Virus record (IMG/VR): IMGVR_UViG_3300009085_000025
Location: 17,232-81,231 of that record
DNA: 64,000 nt
Strand: one strand, 5' to 3'
From: a virus
Lineage: Duplodnaviria > Caudoviricetes
Shown here in pieces: positions 19,046 to 30,662 of this stretch. The position numbers and the translations under genes were made by a program. Numbering within the stretch: position 1 is the stretch's first letter; each line of letters begins with the position of its first letter. The notes beneath the pieces were generated by a model. The model was not told where the DNA came from. It did not search any database and saw only the letters and a list, made by a program, of their open reading frames with translations.

Positions 19046-19474
19046 TTATTTGTATATAATATAGTTCATTTTTGCAAATCCACACATTATTTTTCCATTT
19101 TTATCTGTGAATCTGACCATATTCCAGTTATTTCCAACAGATGAAAAAATTTCCACCACGGTTCCATCTGAAATTGTGGATGTTATTTTTCCACCAGATT
19201 CCAAGGGCAGGTCTCTAATATTCAAACCACCATCCGGAGAAGCAGAAACAACTCCCAAAATCCCAGAGGTTTCCATTGTTTCACAATCCAAATCCACATC
19301 TGTTGGCAATTGTGTTGGCAATTGCTGAGGTGTATTTTGAATTGTTGGCAATTGTGTTGGCACTGGAACTGGACTTACTGGTAAAACACAGGCAAGCGTG
19401 GAAAAAACAAAAAGAATTGGCAACAATATTGGCAATAATTTTTTATGTAATTTTTTCAAATCCTTTTTCTCCAC
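19046..19474 (-). CDS. lipoprotein with SH3b domain
   Basis: Signal peptide ending LAC, PT-rich linker (PTQLPT twice), GLNIRDLP...GTVVEIFSSVGNNWNMVRF SH3-like. Confidence 0.7.
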   Translation of the reverse strand: MEKKDLKKLHKKLLPILLPILFVFSTLACVLPVSPVPVPTQLPTIQNTPQQLPTQLPTDVDLDCETMETSGILGVVSASPDGGLNIRDLPLESGGKITSTISDGTVVEIFSSVGNNWNMVRFTDKNGKIMCGFAKMNYIIYK

Positions 19475-19682
19475 TGTATTTTGTGTTTTTCAATATGATA
19501 ACAATCATATTTACCCCGTCGACATCTTCAACTTCATTTATTTGAATTGTTTTCTGGTCAATTGCTAGGCATAAATCATACATTCTTGCCAGTAAAACAT
19601 CATCTGTTTCTGGGTCAAAAGTTTCCTCTGCCTCGCTATCAGAGGTTTCTTCTTCGTTTTTAAACTTTTCGTTTTTTAGCAT
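19443..19682 (-). CDS. acidic hypothetical protein
   Basis: start moved to ATG 19682 after AAGGAG. Confidence 0.5.
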   Translation of the reverse strand: MLKNEKFKNEEETSDSEAEETFDPETDDVLLARMYDLCLAIDQKTIQINEVEDVDGVNMIVIILKNTKYSGEKGFEKIT

Positions 19683-19943
19683 TTTTTCTCCTTGAATCCG
19701 CTGAATTAAATATTCCCATTTCATAAGACCTCTTGTAAAATTTAAATTCCTTTGTTTTCTTCCCGATGTGCCTAGTTTGAGCACGACCTTTGTTGGCTTC
19801 CCTGAAAACTACGGATTGTAGTTTCCCCCCTTTAGCCCTGAATTCCGGTCTTTCTTTCACGGGTTTTCTTATGGAATTTATCTTCAAACTTTTTGTTGTT
19901 TTTATTTTTTTATTTATGACGTAGGGAATAAATTTAGCGATAT

Positions 19944-21008
19944 CTACTTCTTCGGAAACGGAGGATTTTGCTGGCGAGGAATCGGAAAATTTTCCTTTTT
20001 CTCCAGTGGAGTTTTTTCTGATTTGTTTTCATTCGAAAGACTAACGGGAATCTCTGGTTTTCTATTCATTCCCATTCTCATCTCTCGTTCTTTTAGGAAT
20101 CTATCCTGTCGTTCATCTTTTCCGGATTTATTCGGAACTGGAGCCGGATGTAAATTTTCACGTGGTTTTTCCGGTCTTTCGTTTACGGAGAGGTCAACAT
20201 GTTCAAGCTGAGAAGTGACAAAATCTTCACCGAGAGTTTCACCAAATTCCTGTAACAAATCTCTTTGCATCCCTAGTTTTGCACGAGTTTGAGCAAGAGG
20301 AGTTGCATTTTTCTTTCTATATTCAATTTCTTGAATCTTCTCTACTTTTTCCAGTTCAAAATTTGCGGCAATAATTTCATAGCTAAGTTGTTCCATCTGA
20401 GATTTATGCTTGAATTCTGGGTCTGTGTTTTTATATATCAGAAGAAAAACCAAGTCTAAAGCAAAAGCAATTCCGATTCCGAAACCCAAAATCCATCCGA
20501 AAGATTGCTCTATGTTTGTAGAACCAGTAATTGCCTTCAGGTTTGTAAGAATCACATCAGATGTTGTAAATATCATAGCCATTAGCAAATGAAGAACAAG
20601 TCCGGCTCTTGCTATTGATTTTTGATTAAAGAAAGGAAATCTTTTTATCGGAATCTTTTCCCAAAAAAATCTGGTGTCAACTTTTACAGATTTTCCACGA
20701 TACCCCAATGCCTCCCAAACAAGAATCAAAAGTTCCGCATAAGCCAGTCCAAAAATACTCATCAGAGCACTTTGCCCCATGGTCTGCATAAAATCAATTG
20801 TTCTCAATCCACCAGCCAAAAGAAGAATTACTTCAACAATTGTCTCAAGCTTTTCATATGGCGTCTTCCAAAACATCTCGTACAAAGCTTTCTTAAAGTC
20901 GTCCAATTTGCTCATGGGTTGATTCTGCGTAGAATTATTACTCATTGTTTTTTCGCCAACCCTTGGTAATACATTGTTTTGTCTTTTTTCATTAAAGTTA
21001 TTTTTCAT
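19944..21008 (-). CDS. multi-pass membrane protein with coiled coil and disordered tail
   Basis: about four hydrophobic helices, then heptad-rich segment and P/K/E-rich C-terminus. Confidence 0.6.
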   Translation of the reverse strand: MKNNFNEKRQNNVLPRVGEKTMSNNSTQNQPMSKLDDFKKALYEMFWKTPYEKLETIVEVILLLAGGLRTIDFMQTMGQSALMSIFGLAYAELLILVWEALGYRGKSVKVDTRFFWEKIPIKRFPFFNQKSIARAGLVLHLLMAMIFTTSDVILTNLKAITGSTNIEQSFGWILGFGIGIAFALDLVFLLIYKNTDPEFKHKSQMEQLSYEIIAANFELEKVEKIQEIEYRKKNATPLAQTRAKLGMQRDLLQEFGETLGEDFVTSQLEHVDLSVNERPEKPRENLHPAPVPNKSGKDERQDRFLKEREMRMGMNRKPEIPVSLSNENKSEKTPLEKKENFPIPRQQNPPFPKK

Positions 21009-21747
21009 TTATTGTTTTTCCTAGTTGATTTTTTATTGTGCCTTCAATAAATTCTACGGATTTTTTAAAATCATACTTTCTAATATCTATTGCTACGTAA
21101 ATCCCGTTTGCTTGAGCATGTTTCTTTTTTATCTGGTCTCTTTTTTGTATTTTTTTAAACTCTCCCTTATAGTAACCGTCATATTCTTTATAGTGTTGCT
21201 GACCTTGAACTTCAACATAAATCTTGTACTCAGGAATATAAATATCATACGGCATAGATTTTCCGCTGGTTGGACTATTTAATTCTCTATATTCTGATAT
21301 GGCGCTATAATTAGAAGAAAAATACTCCTTTAATTCTTTTGCTAGTTTTGATTCAGTCTTATTTCTGGCACACTCCGGACATCCATGCCCATCTAAAACG
21401 TTCTTCGGCGTCATGGAAAAAATAAATCCACATTTATTATGTTGTATTTTTATTTTTTTTATTCTGCCTTTGTATTCATCAACAACAGAATATTCATCTC
21501 CGTGTACATTTTTTATTTCGGATTTAAAAATTTCAGTTGTTTTTTTAGTGAGACCGGAACAGTTCGGGCATCCGTGTCTACGAAGAAAGTTATTTGGAGT
21601 TATGTGCCAAGAAATTTTACATTTTTTATGAAAAATCTCAATTTTTTTCTTGTTCGATTTATATTCCCCTAACACCAAATATTCATCGCCGTACATATAA
21701 AAAACTTGAAGTTCAAATTCTTCTTGTGTTTTTTTGTTTTTATTCAT
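20998..21747 (-). CDS. free-standing homing-endonuclease-like protein (Zn-ribbon repeats plus PD-(D/E)xK/Vsr-like domain)
   Basis: two H..C...GCPxC repeats; YDIYIPEYKIYVEVQGQQHY. Confidence 0.75.
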   Translation of the reverse strand: MNKNKKTQEEFELQVFYMYGDEYLVLGEYKSNKKKIEIFHKKCKISWHITPNNFLRRHGCPNCSGLTKKTTEIFKSEIKNVHGDEYSVVDEYKGRIKKIKIQHNKCGFIFSMTPKNVLDGHGCPECARNKTESKLAKELKEYFSSNYSAISEYRELNSPTSGKSMPYDIYIPEYKIYVEVQGQQHYKEYDGYYKGEFKKIQKRDQIKKKHAQANGIYVAIDIRKYDFKKSVEFIEGTIKNQLGKTINEK

Positions 21748-22210
21748 ATAAATTTTATAAACTCAATCACTTTCTATGATAGCTTTGATTTTTCCTCCTG
21801 TGGTTCACAATCTGGACAAAATTTTATTTGTCCATTCAATAAACATCCGATACACGCCCAGAAAATTCTTCCACAGACACATACGCATTCAACGCCTGTT
21901 ACTGTCACTGAAAATTGTATATCGTGAAAATCTTCGGCTAATATTGCTTTCATATATTTTGTGCCTCTTTTATTAATTCGCCGCTTTCATCAAAACTTAG
22001 GTGGTAAACAGCGTCATTGTCATCTGGATATTGAATAATGTTATTTATATAAAGGCAGGTTTTTGTATGACTTAGGTTTTTTATTTTTCGAAGAACATCA
22101 TCTTCCGATGATGAAAAACTCCAGTCGTTACACATTCTACCCGCTGAATCCATGTAACTATATAATATGGCGTATGTCATGTCACATCTCCTTTTGAATA
22201 ATCATACATA

Positions 22211-22240
22211 ATTATACCATGACATAAACGAAGCTGTCAA
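22211..22240 (-). promoter_or_regulatory. sigma70-type promoter
   Basis: TTGACA-18 bp-TATAAT with TGG. Confidence 0.75.
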
Positions 22241-22729
22241 ATATCCTCATTTTTTAGGCTTAAACATGTCAAAATGAGTTAAATTTCCACTACTATCCAT
22301 AGCCGAAATACTGACATGGACACAATCTTTCTTGTCGAGCCAAGCTCCACCACTTGCCAACTCATACTTCTTTCTATCGTGCTTATCATTTGAAACTAAG
22401 AAGATATATCCAACACAATTAGAATACCAATAATATTCGCTGGAACAATCTTTGATTTTCACAAAAAACAATCTTTTATTTTTCATATTATTTTCTCGGT
22501 TCAATAAAAGAAATGGTGGGGTCGTGTTCATCACAAAGACAAATATTATACATCTCATTTATCATTCCTTGTGAGATGTCATCCCAAACGATTTTCCACT
22601 GGCAATCACAGCCATAATAAATTGTAGTTACAATTTTATTATCGGTATTTCCGTTTTCATATCTGTATTCAATTTTTTCCGTATCATCTGGAAGTTTAAT
22701 CTGGTTTTTTGTGTTCATGTTTTATCCTT

Positions 22730-23281
22730 TTAAATGGGGTTGGTATATGTAAGTTCAAATCTTTTGAATGATGCGGTAACAAGGCACGAATTGAAATCAT
22801 CCAACTCATCCATAGGAAGAATAAAAAAACTATAAGATTCATCCAAGTATTGTCCCTTGTATGCCAAAATAATCCTGTCTGCTTCTTCGATATTTTGAGC
22901 TTCCAAATATCTAATCTCTTCAAATTTCCCCTGTTCGTCTCGAACAACCATCGGTGCAGATATAAATGCTAAAAACTTCATAACGCTTCTCCTTTTTTAT
23001 TTTTATCTATATAAAATAACTGCTCGTAGTTCATGAAACTTTCATTTCATGAACTACATGCAATCATATTATCCGTAAGATGCCGAAACGTATTCGGAAC
23101 CGAACTCATCCAATGCTGTTCCAACCTGAGAAATATAATCTTGCCAATTCGGAAGATATTTTTCTTTGTAGTTTCCAACTGCTTCTGCTACAGCTTCAAT
23201 ATTTTCCGCCTCAAAATAACGCACCTCTTCGTCATAGCAATTTCCACTACCTCTACTAAAAGTAACAATAAATTTTTCCAT
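22730..23281 (-). other. tandem paralog pair (22730..22981, 23069..23281)
   Basis: EEIRYLEAQNIE vs EEVRYFEAENIE, separated by one hairpin element. Confidence 0.6.
23016..23066 (-). repeat. junction hairpin, family B
   Basis: 13-bp IR GTAGTTCATGAAA/TTTCATGAACTAC with ATAAC and CAATCA flanks. Confidence 0.65.
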
Positions 23282-23283
23282 TT

Positions 23284-23772
23284 TTATTCCCTATCTTCGC
23301 ATTCACAATCTTCAAAGAAATATCCACAATCTTCGCAGAGTGAATCTTCTTGTTCTTCGTATTCGTCTTCATCGTCGTTATTGGTGACGATACAATTATT
23401 ATCAAAATGCAAATTTCCATCGTTTTCCCACACTTCAAATTCTTCCTTGAACGTATGAGTTTGACCACCATTCATAGATGTTCCATTGCAAACATCAAGA
23501 GGCATAACACCAAGAGAACCGCTATCTACATAATAAACTTCATTGTTGCGGTCAAAATAACTTCCGTCACCATGTTTTGTTCCTGCAATAAAACACTTCT
23601 TATTTTGATGATAAAAAACTCCGTCATCAAATTTTTCAACATCAACTACCTTACTTGAATTCAATCCAAAACAACCTGTATCATCAATTAACTTGCTCCA
23701 ATCATCGTCACTTACGGCATAGCACAAATCTCCAACATAATATGTTCCGGCGGGAAAAATATGACGTGTCAT
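23284..23772 (-). CDS. conserved phage protein with acidic/Cys-rich tail
   Basis: GTYYVGDLCY, DSGSLG motifs. Confidence 0.55.
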   Translation of the reverse strand: MTRHIFPAGTYYVGDLCYAVSDDDWSKLIDDTGCFGLNSSKVVDVEKFDDGVFYHQNKKCFIAGTKHGDGSYFDRNNEVYYVDSGSLGVMPLDVCNGTSMNGGQTHTFKEEFEVWENDGNLHFDNNCIVTNNDDEDEYEEQEDSLCEDCGYFFEDCECEDRE

Positions 23773-24795
23773 TATTTAATCTCCTTGTTTGTTTCATAAG
23801 ATTTAATATATCGTTGAAGAGAATCTTGATATAAATGCCATCCAAACATGGATGAATCATACATGGCTCTGGACATTGCTCTTGTAATCTCAAGCCGAGA
23901 TAAATTCAATTCATCAACTTCATCCTGAGTTAAAAATCTTTCTTCATACAATAACCCAGAAGGTTTTCTGCGAAAACCAGTTTCCAAAGCCACGACCTTG
24001 ATGACTTCTCCTTTTTTAGTGAGAGGATTGATTGTTCGATTATCAAGAGCAAAACAATAAGCCGGAATTACCACATCGCTAATCATTTTTCATCCTTTTC
24101 GAGAGGGAGCACAACAACACGACGAATGTTTCCGTCATCTCCTATATTTCCCCTGATTGCAATACCATCTTCAATCTCGGATTCGTCATAATATTCACCA
24201 AGGTTCAAATCAGTGAATAATGCTTCGTCCGAAAGATAAAACAAGTCAATGGTCACAACGGTTCTTCCATTTACTTTTACTGTGACACCATATGGATTTT
24301 CTTCAAGTTCAACTTCGCCTTTTGCCTCTGGTTTGTTTACGCTAATTTTCATGTTATTCCTCTTCTCCTTCTCGAAATTCTTGTAGTCGTTGTTGGACTT
24401 CCTCAACGCTGTAATAATCTTTGACAATCATAGAAAAAATCTCTCTGGCTTCATGTAAAGATAAGTAATACTCAAGAACAGCCATTATTTTATCATCATC
24501 ATTATTTGATTTTGGATTAAGCATTTTCATCCTCTTTCATTTCAAGTAATTCGTTATAAATATAATCATCTAAAACTCCACCAATTGTATTGGCTTGATA
24601 TACCGCAATGGAGTATTTTCCAAGTGCTTCAAGAGCTTGAAGGGTGGCACTTTCCACACCTTCAAGATAAGAAATAATCTCGTTATCATCACGACGATGA
24701 CCAACACCACGATAAAACCAATTCTTGGTATCGAATTTCATTTTTTCTGCGAATTCTTCACTGTTCATGGCTGTCTCCTATATAAAATTATGTTA

Positions 24796-24824
24796 ATTGT
24801 ACCATGGCTCATGTCCCGTGTCAA
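24796..24824 (-). promoter_or_regulatory. sigma70 promoter, degenerate family A element
   Basis: TTGACA-17 bp-TACAAT, TGG. Confidence 0.7.
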
Positions 24825-24906
24825 ACTGGTACATTATTCGGAACGCTTTATGGTACACTACTTGCACATTTTGCGGAACACTTATTGCACAATTTTTGCA
24901 CAATTT

Positions 24907-25581
24907 TTATTTTCTAAGTTCTCCGGTGAGAATATCGGGCAAATTCCGCTTGATATCATATTCTTTCATGTAAGGAATATTGACCAAATCATAGTGTGAA
25001 GCGTTTCCAAGACCATGAATTAGCGCCTGTTCCTTGCCCAATTTTAGAACCGTGCTACCTTTCTCCCTGCCGTTGTATGAAACAATAGCATCTTTCATGG
25101 GACTTCCATTTATCAAATTCTTGATAGTCGTCTGCTTATAAATCTTGATTTCTAACTGTGAAGAAATAAACTTATTGAAGTTGTCAGCCAAACCAGACAA
25201 AATCAAAACATTATTCGAGTGCTTGATACGCTGTAACATAACCTTCAATTGCTTCACGCGTTTCCTATCATCCAAATCTAGAAACAAGAAGAACTCGTCA
25301 ATAATGATGATACTATTTTCAATCAACTCTAATTCTTCAACTGAATAAATTTTCTGTTCCCCTAGCCAAATCGGTAAAGCATATGAATATAAATTTTCCC
25401 TAGTGAAGCCATGATTATTCTTTAGATAATCTATGATGTAATATAAAAGATTGCTCTTTCCCTGAGATACATCAGAACATAGACCGATAATCCTAGGTTG
25501 AGAAAACAAACTTTCTATTACTGTTGAAATTGGAATCTCCCCCGCCAACTCGCTCTTGCTTTTCAAGATTGTTGATGCCAT
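24907..25581 (-). CDS. P-loop NTPase (Zot/AAA-like)
   Basis: SDVSQGKSN Walker A, IIIDEF Walker B; start at ATG 25581 after AAAAGGAG. Confidence 0.65.
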   Translation of the reverse strand: MASTILKSKSELAGEIPISTVIESLFSQPRIIGLCSDVSQGKSNLLYYIIDYLKNNHGFTRENLYSYALPIWLGEQKIYSVEELELIENSIIIIDEFFLFLDLDDRKRVKQLKVMLQRIKHSNNVLILSGLADNFNKFISSQLEIKIYKQTTIKNLINGSPMKDAIVSYNGREKGSTVLKLGKEQALIHGLGNASHYDLVNIPYMKEYDIKRNLPDILTGELRK

Positions 25582-27502
25582 AAAGTTCACTCCTTTTAGG
25601 TGACTGTTCAATACGATAGGGGGCATGACACCCCATAAGTAACAAGTGTTTATAGATGATGTTCCTTGGTATGACCTCCAGTAAGACATAGTTTGACTTT
25701 CCCAAAGTAAGCTGGTATAATTCACTACACCACGCCGGACAACGCTTAAGATAATTAAAGTTTTTAAAGTATATAGTTTTATCACGTAAGACTCATTTGT
25801 TTGTTATCGAAAAAAGATAATAAACAATAAAAACCAATAAGTTATAAAGATTGACTTATTAGCTTTTATTGTTATCTTATCCACTCTTCTTTATAAAGAA
25901 ATGAATAAGATAACTTCTTACATACCTGCTCGTAATCTACCTATGATGCAGGTTGCACATCAACTTGCTTGTTGATACGCAAATCCAGCATAAGTTGTAA
26001 TTGTTTCTCAAACTCCGTCCGAGCAAGACGGAGTTTTTTGTTTGGCTCGATGGCGTTCAGGTGCTTTCCCGTGGTGGTTTTCCAACAATTTTCAGATACG
26101 ACCAAGCCAAACTCTGGGTCATAAAAAGCAACGATTGTTTGATATGAATAATATAATTCGAAAATACCCATGTCGATTTTTATTGCATGAGCGCCATAGT
26201 TATCGCTCGAATAATTACCATAAGTTGAAAAGGTGGGTAAAGTTGTCATTTTATTTGTTCTCCTTGTTGAACATAAGAATATAAATTGAAATATCGAAGG
26301 TTTCTTCAAACCAATGCCAAATTTCTTCTCGGTCAGTTCCAATTTCAAAATGAAGATATGGAACCTCAATCATTCCATCATCATCAACTGGAATATCACC
26401 CAACGATTGCCACATATCCGTCACAGAGAAAGATTTTCCACATCCGTTACAAATTCTACCCAACACATCTTCATCTGGTGTATTATATGCTTCTGGGTAT
26501 GTTGTTTCACCGCAATAAATACAAAGTACGTTATTCATATTCTGATACCCATTCTACTTGGCTATAATAATGCCCCTGTAAACTTCCTTTATAATTCCAC
26601 CTAATTTCACGTACAAATTGACAGGAAAGCAATTTCTTTATTTGTCCAATTGTCGAGGATGAGAATTCATAAACTTCAAAAGATACTGGCACATCTTCCC
26701 ATCTTGAATTGTTATTCGAAAATTTTATCTTTACTTCAATAATCTCATTCATAGTGTGGTCTCTCCTTTGGAAACGGAACGGGTGGAAATCTTTCAAGTT
26801 TTACTTCGTAAATTCCTTCTGACAACACCGAATAAATATCACGGCGACCTTTATTCCACTCCTTGACAATCATTTCTACTTTATCAAAATATCTTCGAGC
26901 AAAACCTTTGTTGATACAAACTTTATTCAATTCTGATTCAATCGGTTCGCCGTAGGTATACCACCAACCCCCTTCATGTGCTCCACCGTAAGCTCTATCA
27001 ATTAGATATATAGTTACATAATACATGATTACTCCACTTCTACCCATTCGGGCGACATGAGTTCAAATCGATTTGGAATATATGGAATTGCGACACATCC
27101 TTGAATTTCATCGTTCTGCAATCTGTAACTTTCATTGGTCAAAACGAAAGTTTCTAAAAATCCACTACGTTCAAGCCATACACATTCTTTATAGTCCCAA
27201 TGGGGGAGTCTGAACTTCCTCTTTTCTTCAATAACCATCTTCAACATTTCATAAAACTTGTATCTTTTTTGATATGCTATTATTTTACTCCATGATAATA
27301 TTCGGTTTCACAAATACGTTCAACCAAATCATAAATTCTAACATCTGTAATGTGTTGTTTTTCACGCCAATCAAAAGAACTCCAAAAAATATCTAGGGCG
27401 TCTCCAACATCTTCACCCTTCCAGATTACATCGTATTCTTTATTCATAAATTTATATTCAATAACAAATTTTTTCATGGTTGCTCCTTATTGTTTTTATA
27501 GA

Positions 27503-27550
27503 ATAACTCAAGAACACACATAAGATATCTTATGTGTGCATATTCAATTA
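27503..27550 (-). repeat. junction hairpin, family B
   Basis: ATAACTCA + 24-bp palindrome CACACATAAGAT/ATCTTATGTGTG + TTCAATTA. Confidence 0.75.
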
Positions 27551-28503
27551 TTCTACGACTTCGTTTTCTAATTCACCAAATTCCCCCCAGTAATTTTCAT
27601 TCGGAGTAAACTCATATTGTTCTTCCTCTAAAAAATATGCTCCGCGCTGTACACCGATAAATTCAACGTTTGCTCCAAAGAACTCTCCAGCAATTCTTGC
27701 AAACTCATCTGTGTCACATTCCGTAAGGAATTTAGTCATAGCATCGAGTAATCTTTCTTCATTCAGAATGATTGTCTTCATTTTTTATTCCTCTACTTCG
27801 TTGATATCTGTGATTTTTGTGTTTATAATCATTCCTTCGTATGGAATAACTTCTTCACATGAGATAAAAACAACGCAACAATCAAATAAGTGTAGCCAAT
27901 AATTTCCCACGACTTCAGGATAATTTTCCGACCACATATAATCAATAACCTTTGACGAAGAACCATAATCCGGATTCAAAACGTAGGTGCATTTCCATAA
28001 TTTCAACATGTTATTTTTTTTCCTTGTTTTTCTTTTGCATAGCAATCCACTCATTATTTTCCACTGGTTTCTCTGGTAAATCCCACAAACCACCAAACAA
28101 CCAATCTGAAATCATCTCAGAATATCGAGATTCAATATAAATTCCCCAATGTCCAACATAAATTGTGTAAGCCTCAGATGTGTTGTACTTGATATTACGT
28201 TTCTTTAGTTCTTCTTTGATTTCTTTCTGGCTATAACGACCTCCGTATGATTTGCATTCAATTGAAAAACCATCCATCCAAACACCCTTGATTAATCTGT
28301 CGCCTTTATTTACTGTCATATTATTTCTCCTTAATCTTCCATGAACCCAAGTATGTAATTTCATATTCCAAATCACCAAGCAAACTTTCATCGAATTCAG
28401 ATGTCTTGAATGTTTGCCACGCCGACCAATGATTATTGTTCCAAAAACGAATCTTCAGATATTTGACACTCATTTTTTCATCCTTTTTGAAAATATATTT
28501 TTT

Positions 28504-28552
28504 ATATAACCATGAGTATATTCTACCACAAAATGGTAGAATATACATAGGC
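28504..28552 (-). repeat. junction hairpin, family A
   Basis: CCATGA + 13-bp IR GTATATTCTACCA/TGGTAGAATATAC + ATAG. Confidence 0.7.
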
Positions 28553-30068
28553 TTATAAAACTAATTATTATTGTGGGTTACAAAAATCACAATTTTCAGG
28601 TCGTTCACCGTGCTTACAAAACGCAAAATCGTCACTTCTGTCGTAATCATATTCTTCTAATTTAATTACGCGACCTTCGCATTCATTAGTCGTAATTTCG
28701 TCTTGAACACCATCCACAAAACCTTGTGCATAAACCTTATCCAATATTACATATAAATCATGAGTAACTTCTGTAAAACCATCGGCTCCAATCCTTGGAT
28801 ATTGAAACGGAGTAAAATATGGCGCATTCAAAGGAGAACCTTCTCTATCTGTATGTATAAAAGTTTCTCCGGTCAAAGTATTTAGAAAATATCTAGTTTT
28901 CATTATTCATTCACCTCAAGTTGAGATTCGTAAACATCCCACACATTGTCGTCTTGGTCTACGACAGAAATCCACTTTCCACGGAATGAAACAATTGTTC
29001 CTCCAAATTGAAAAAATTCATCATTAGGCTGTGGAGTTACAATAACACACATTCCAACGGTAAACTTATTGTCTGTCTTAACATCATATGAAACACCACC
29101 TTCATCGAAAGTAAATGTCACCGATTTTGCTCCTGATTTTTGTGCCTGACGAACAATATCAGCAACTTTTGCGGCGGGCTTCAACTCATCCACCAGTTTT
29201 CTTACTGCGCTTTGATTTGAAGTATTTTTTACCATGTTACAAAGTTCAACCCAAGTTGGTTCCACATCAATAGTAATAGGCATTTTATAATTCTCCTTGA
29301 TATAAGTTTTTATTATACATCTACAACTTCAATTTCAGATTTGTGACACATATATTCGAATCCATCAATGATTACCATATAGTGTTCCCCGGTATATTCA
29401 TATTCTATCGTTCCACGTTTACCAACAAGGCTATCAAATCTTTGGTCTCCAATGTTATTTTTAATAATAACCACAGTTACATAGGATTCTTGTTCATCAA
29501 CAACAGGTTTTTCCCAATAGTTAGTCATATTATTTATCCTTTATCCTTTTTGAGTTTCATTTCCACACATGATACAATTTCCCATTTCGTCCGAAGTTGT
29601 GCTCATATCACAAAAATCGCACCAATCCGTATCAAGGCTATCTTCTTCATCCATCTTGATATATGGATAAAATTCCATTTCGTCAATATCGCTATTGAGC
29701 ACATAATACCTAAAAATAATATCCCTAATTTCTGCGATTGGATTTATATCCCAATCAATATTGCTACCTAAAACATTTTCAATCATTTCGAAAATTTGAC
29801 CATCAACAAAATCTTGTCGTTCAATTTGGGCATCGGTCAAACTTTCTGAGTCTGAGATGATGGCATTTTCCACAAATTCTTCTACCAAGTCAAATTTCTT
29901 TGCAAGTTTTTCAAATACGGAGTGCCAATCTGCAATTTCGCCATAAGATAATTCTTGGTCATTTATCCAGTGTTGCCATTCAATTGCATAATCACGCGCT
30001 TCCCCTGCTGTTTGTGCTTGTTTTACTGTATTAATATCCATATTTTCTCCTTATGAATTTATCAAATA

Positions 30069-30115
30069 ATTGTACCATGAGTATTCCGAAGTTGTCAAGC
30101 TTCGGAATACATAAG
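30069..30115 (-). promoter_or_regulatory. family A element: promoter with -35 hexamer in hairpin loop
   Basis: TTGACA-18-TACAAT; 11-bp IR GTATTCCGAAG/CTTCGGAATAC brackets the -35. Confidence 0.8.
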
Positions 30116-30119
30116 TTAA

Positions 30120-30662
30120 TTATTCAAAATAAATCAAGCCATCTTGAACATACGCACATAATTCCCCTTGTCTGTGTGCAATTTCCGTGAGTGCGTCACC
30201 ATACTCACCCCAGATTTCAGGACTGTCCCAAAATCCAGCGCCATGATTATTTCTCGTCAACCAAAAATCATGGGCGAATAACTCAAAATCCATTCCTGAT
30301 TTTTCAAGAACATCTCGAATATTTTCAATGCATTCTATGAATACGCGGATGTCACCAAACATTTTTGTTTCAGCTTCTATTGAAAATTCAGCGCCATTCC
30401 ATTCATATTCACTATTCACGTCCTCAGTAAAAAAGATGGCTTGTTTATAGTAGGGGAGTATCATATCCACCAATTCTTCAATTGTTGGAATTCCAAAATC
30501 TTCTGAATTTTCACCTCCTCCAACCAAAGGATTATCAAGCCATAAGGATTTTGCCGACGAGTAACCCAACCGTTCAACTAAATTATACATTTTATCCCAA
30601 TACTCTAATTGCTCAAATTTAATATAATTTCCATGCACTGTATCAATCCAAGTTTTTCCCAT
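30120..30662 (-). CDS. conserved phage protein (probable two-module fusion)
   Basis: HDFWLTRNNHGAGFWD motif in C-terminal module. Confidence 0.6.
   Translation of the reverse strand: MGKTWIDTVHGNYIKFEQLEYWDKMYNLVERLGYSSAKSLWLDNPLVGGGENSEDFGIPTIEELVDMILPYYKQAIFFTEDVNSEYEWNGAEFSIEAETKMFGDIRVFIECIENIRDVLEKSGMDFELFAHDFWLTRNNHGAGFWDSPEIWGEYGDALTEIAHRQGELCAYVQDGLIYFE

Noticed and set aside
19301-19362. 20-bp direct repeat TGTTGGCAATTGTGTTGGCA
   Set aside because: Simply encodes the PTQLPT linker of the lipoprotein.
25582-25785. N-terminal extension of the P-loop ATPase
   Set aside because: A strong RBS precedes ATG 25581 and the extension has no protein-like features.
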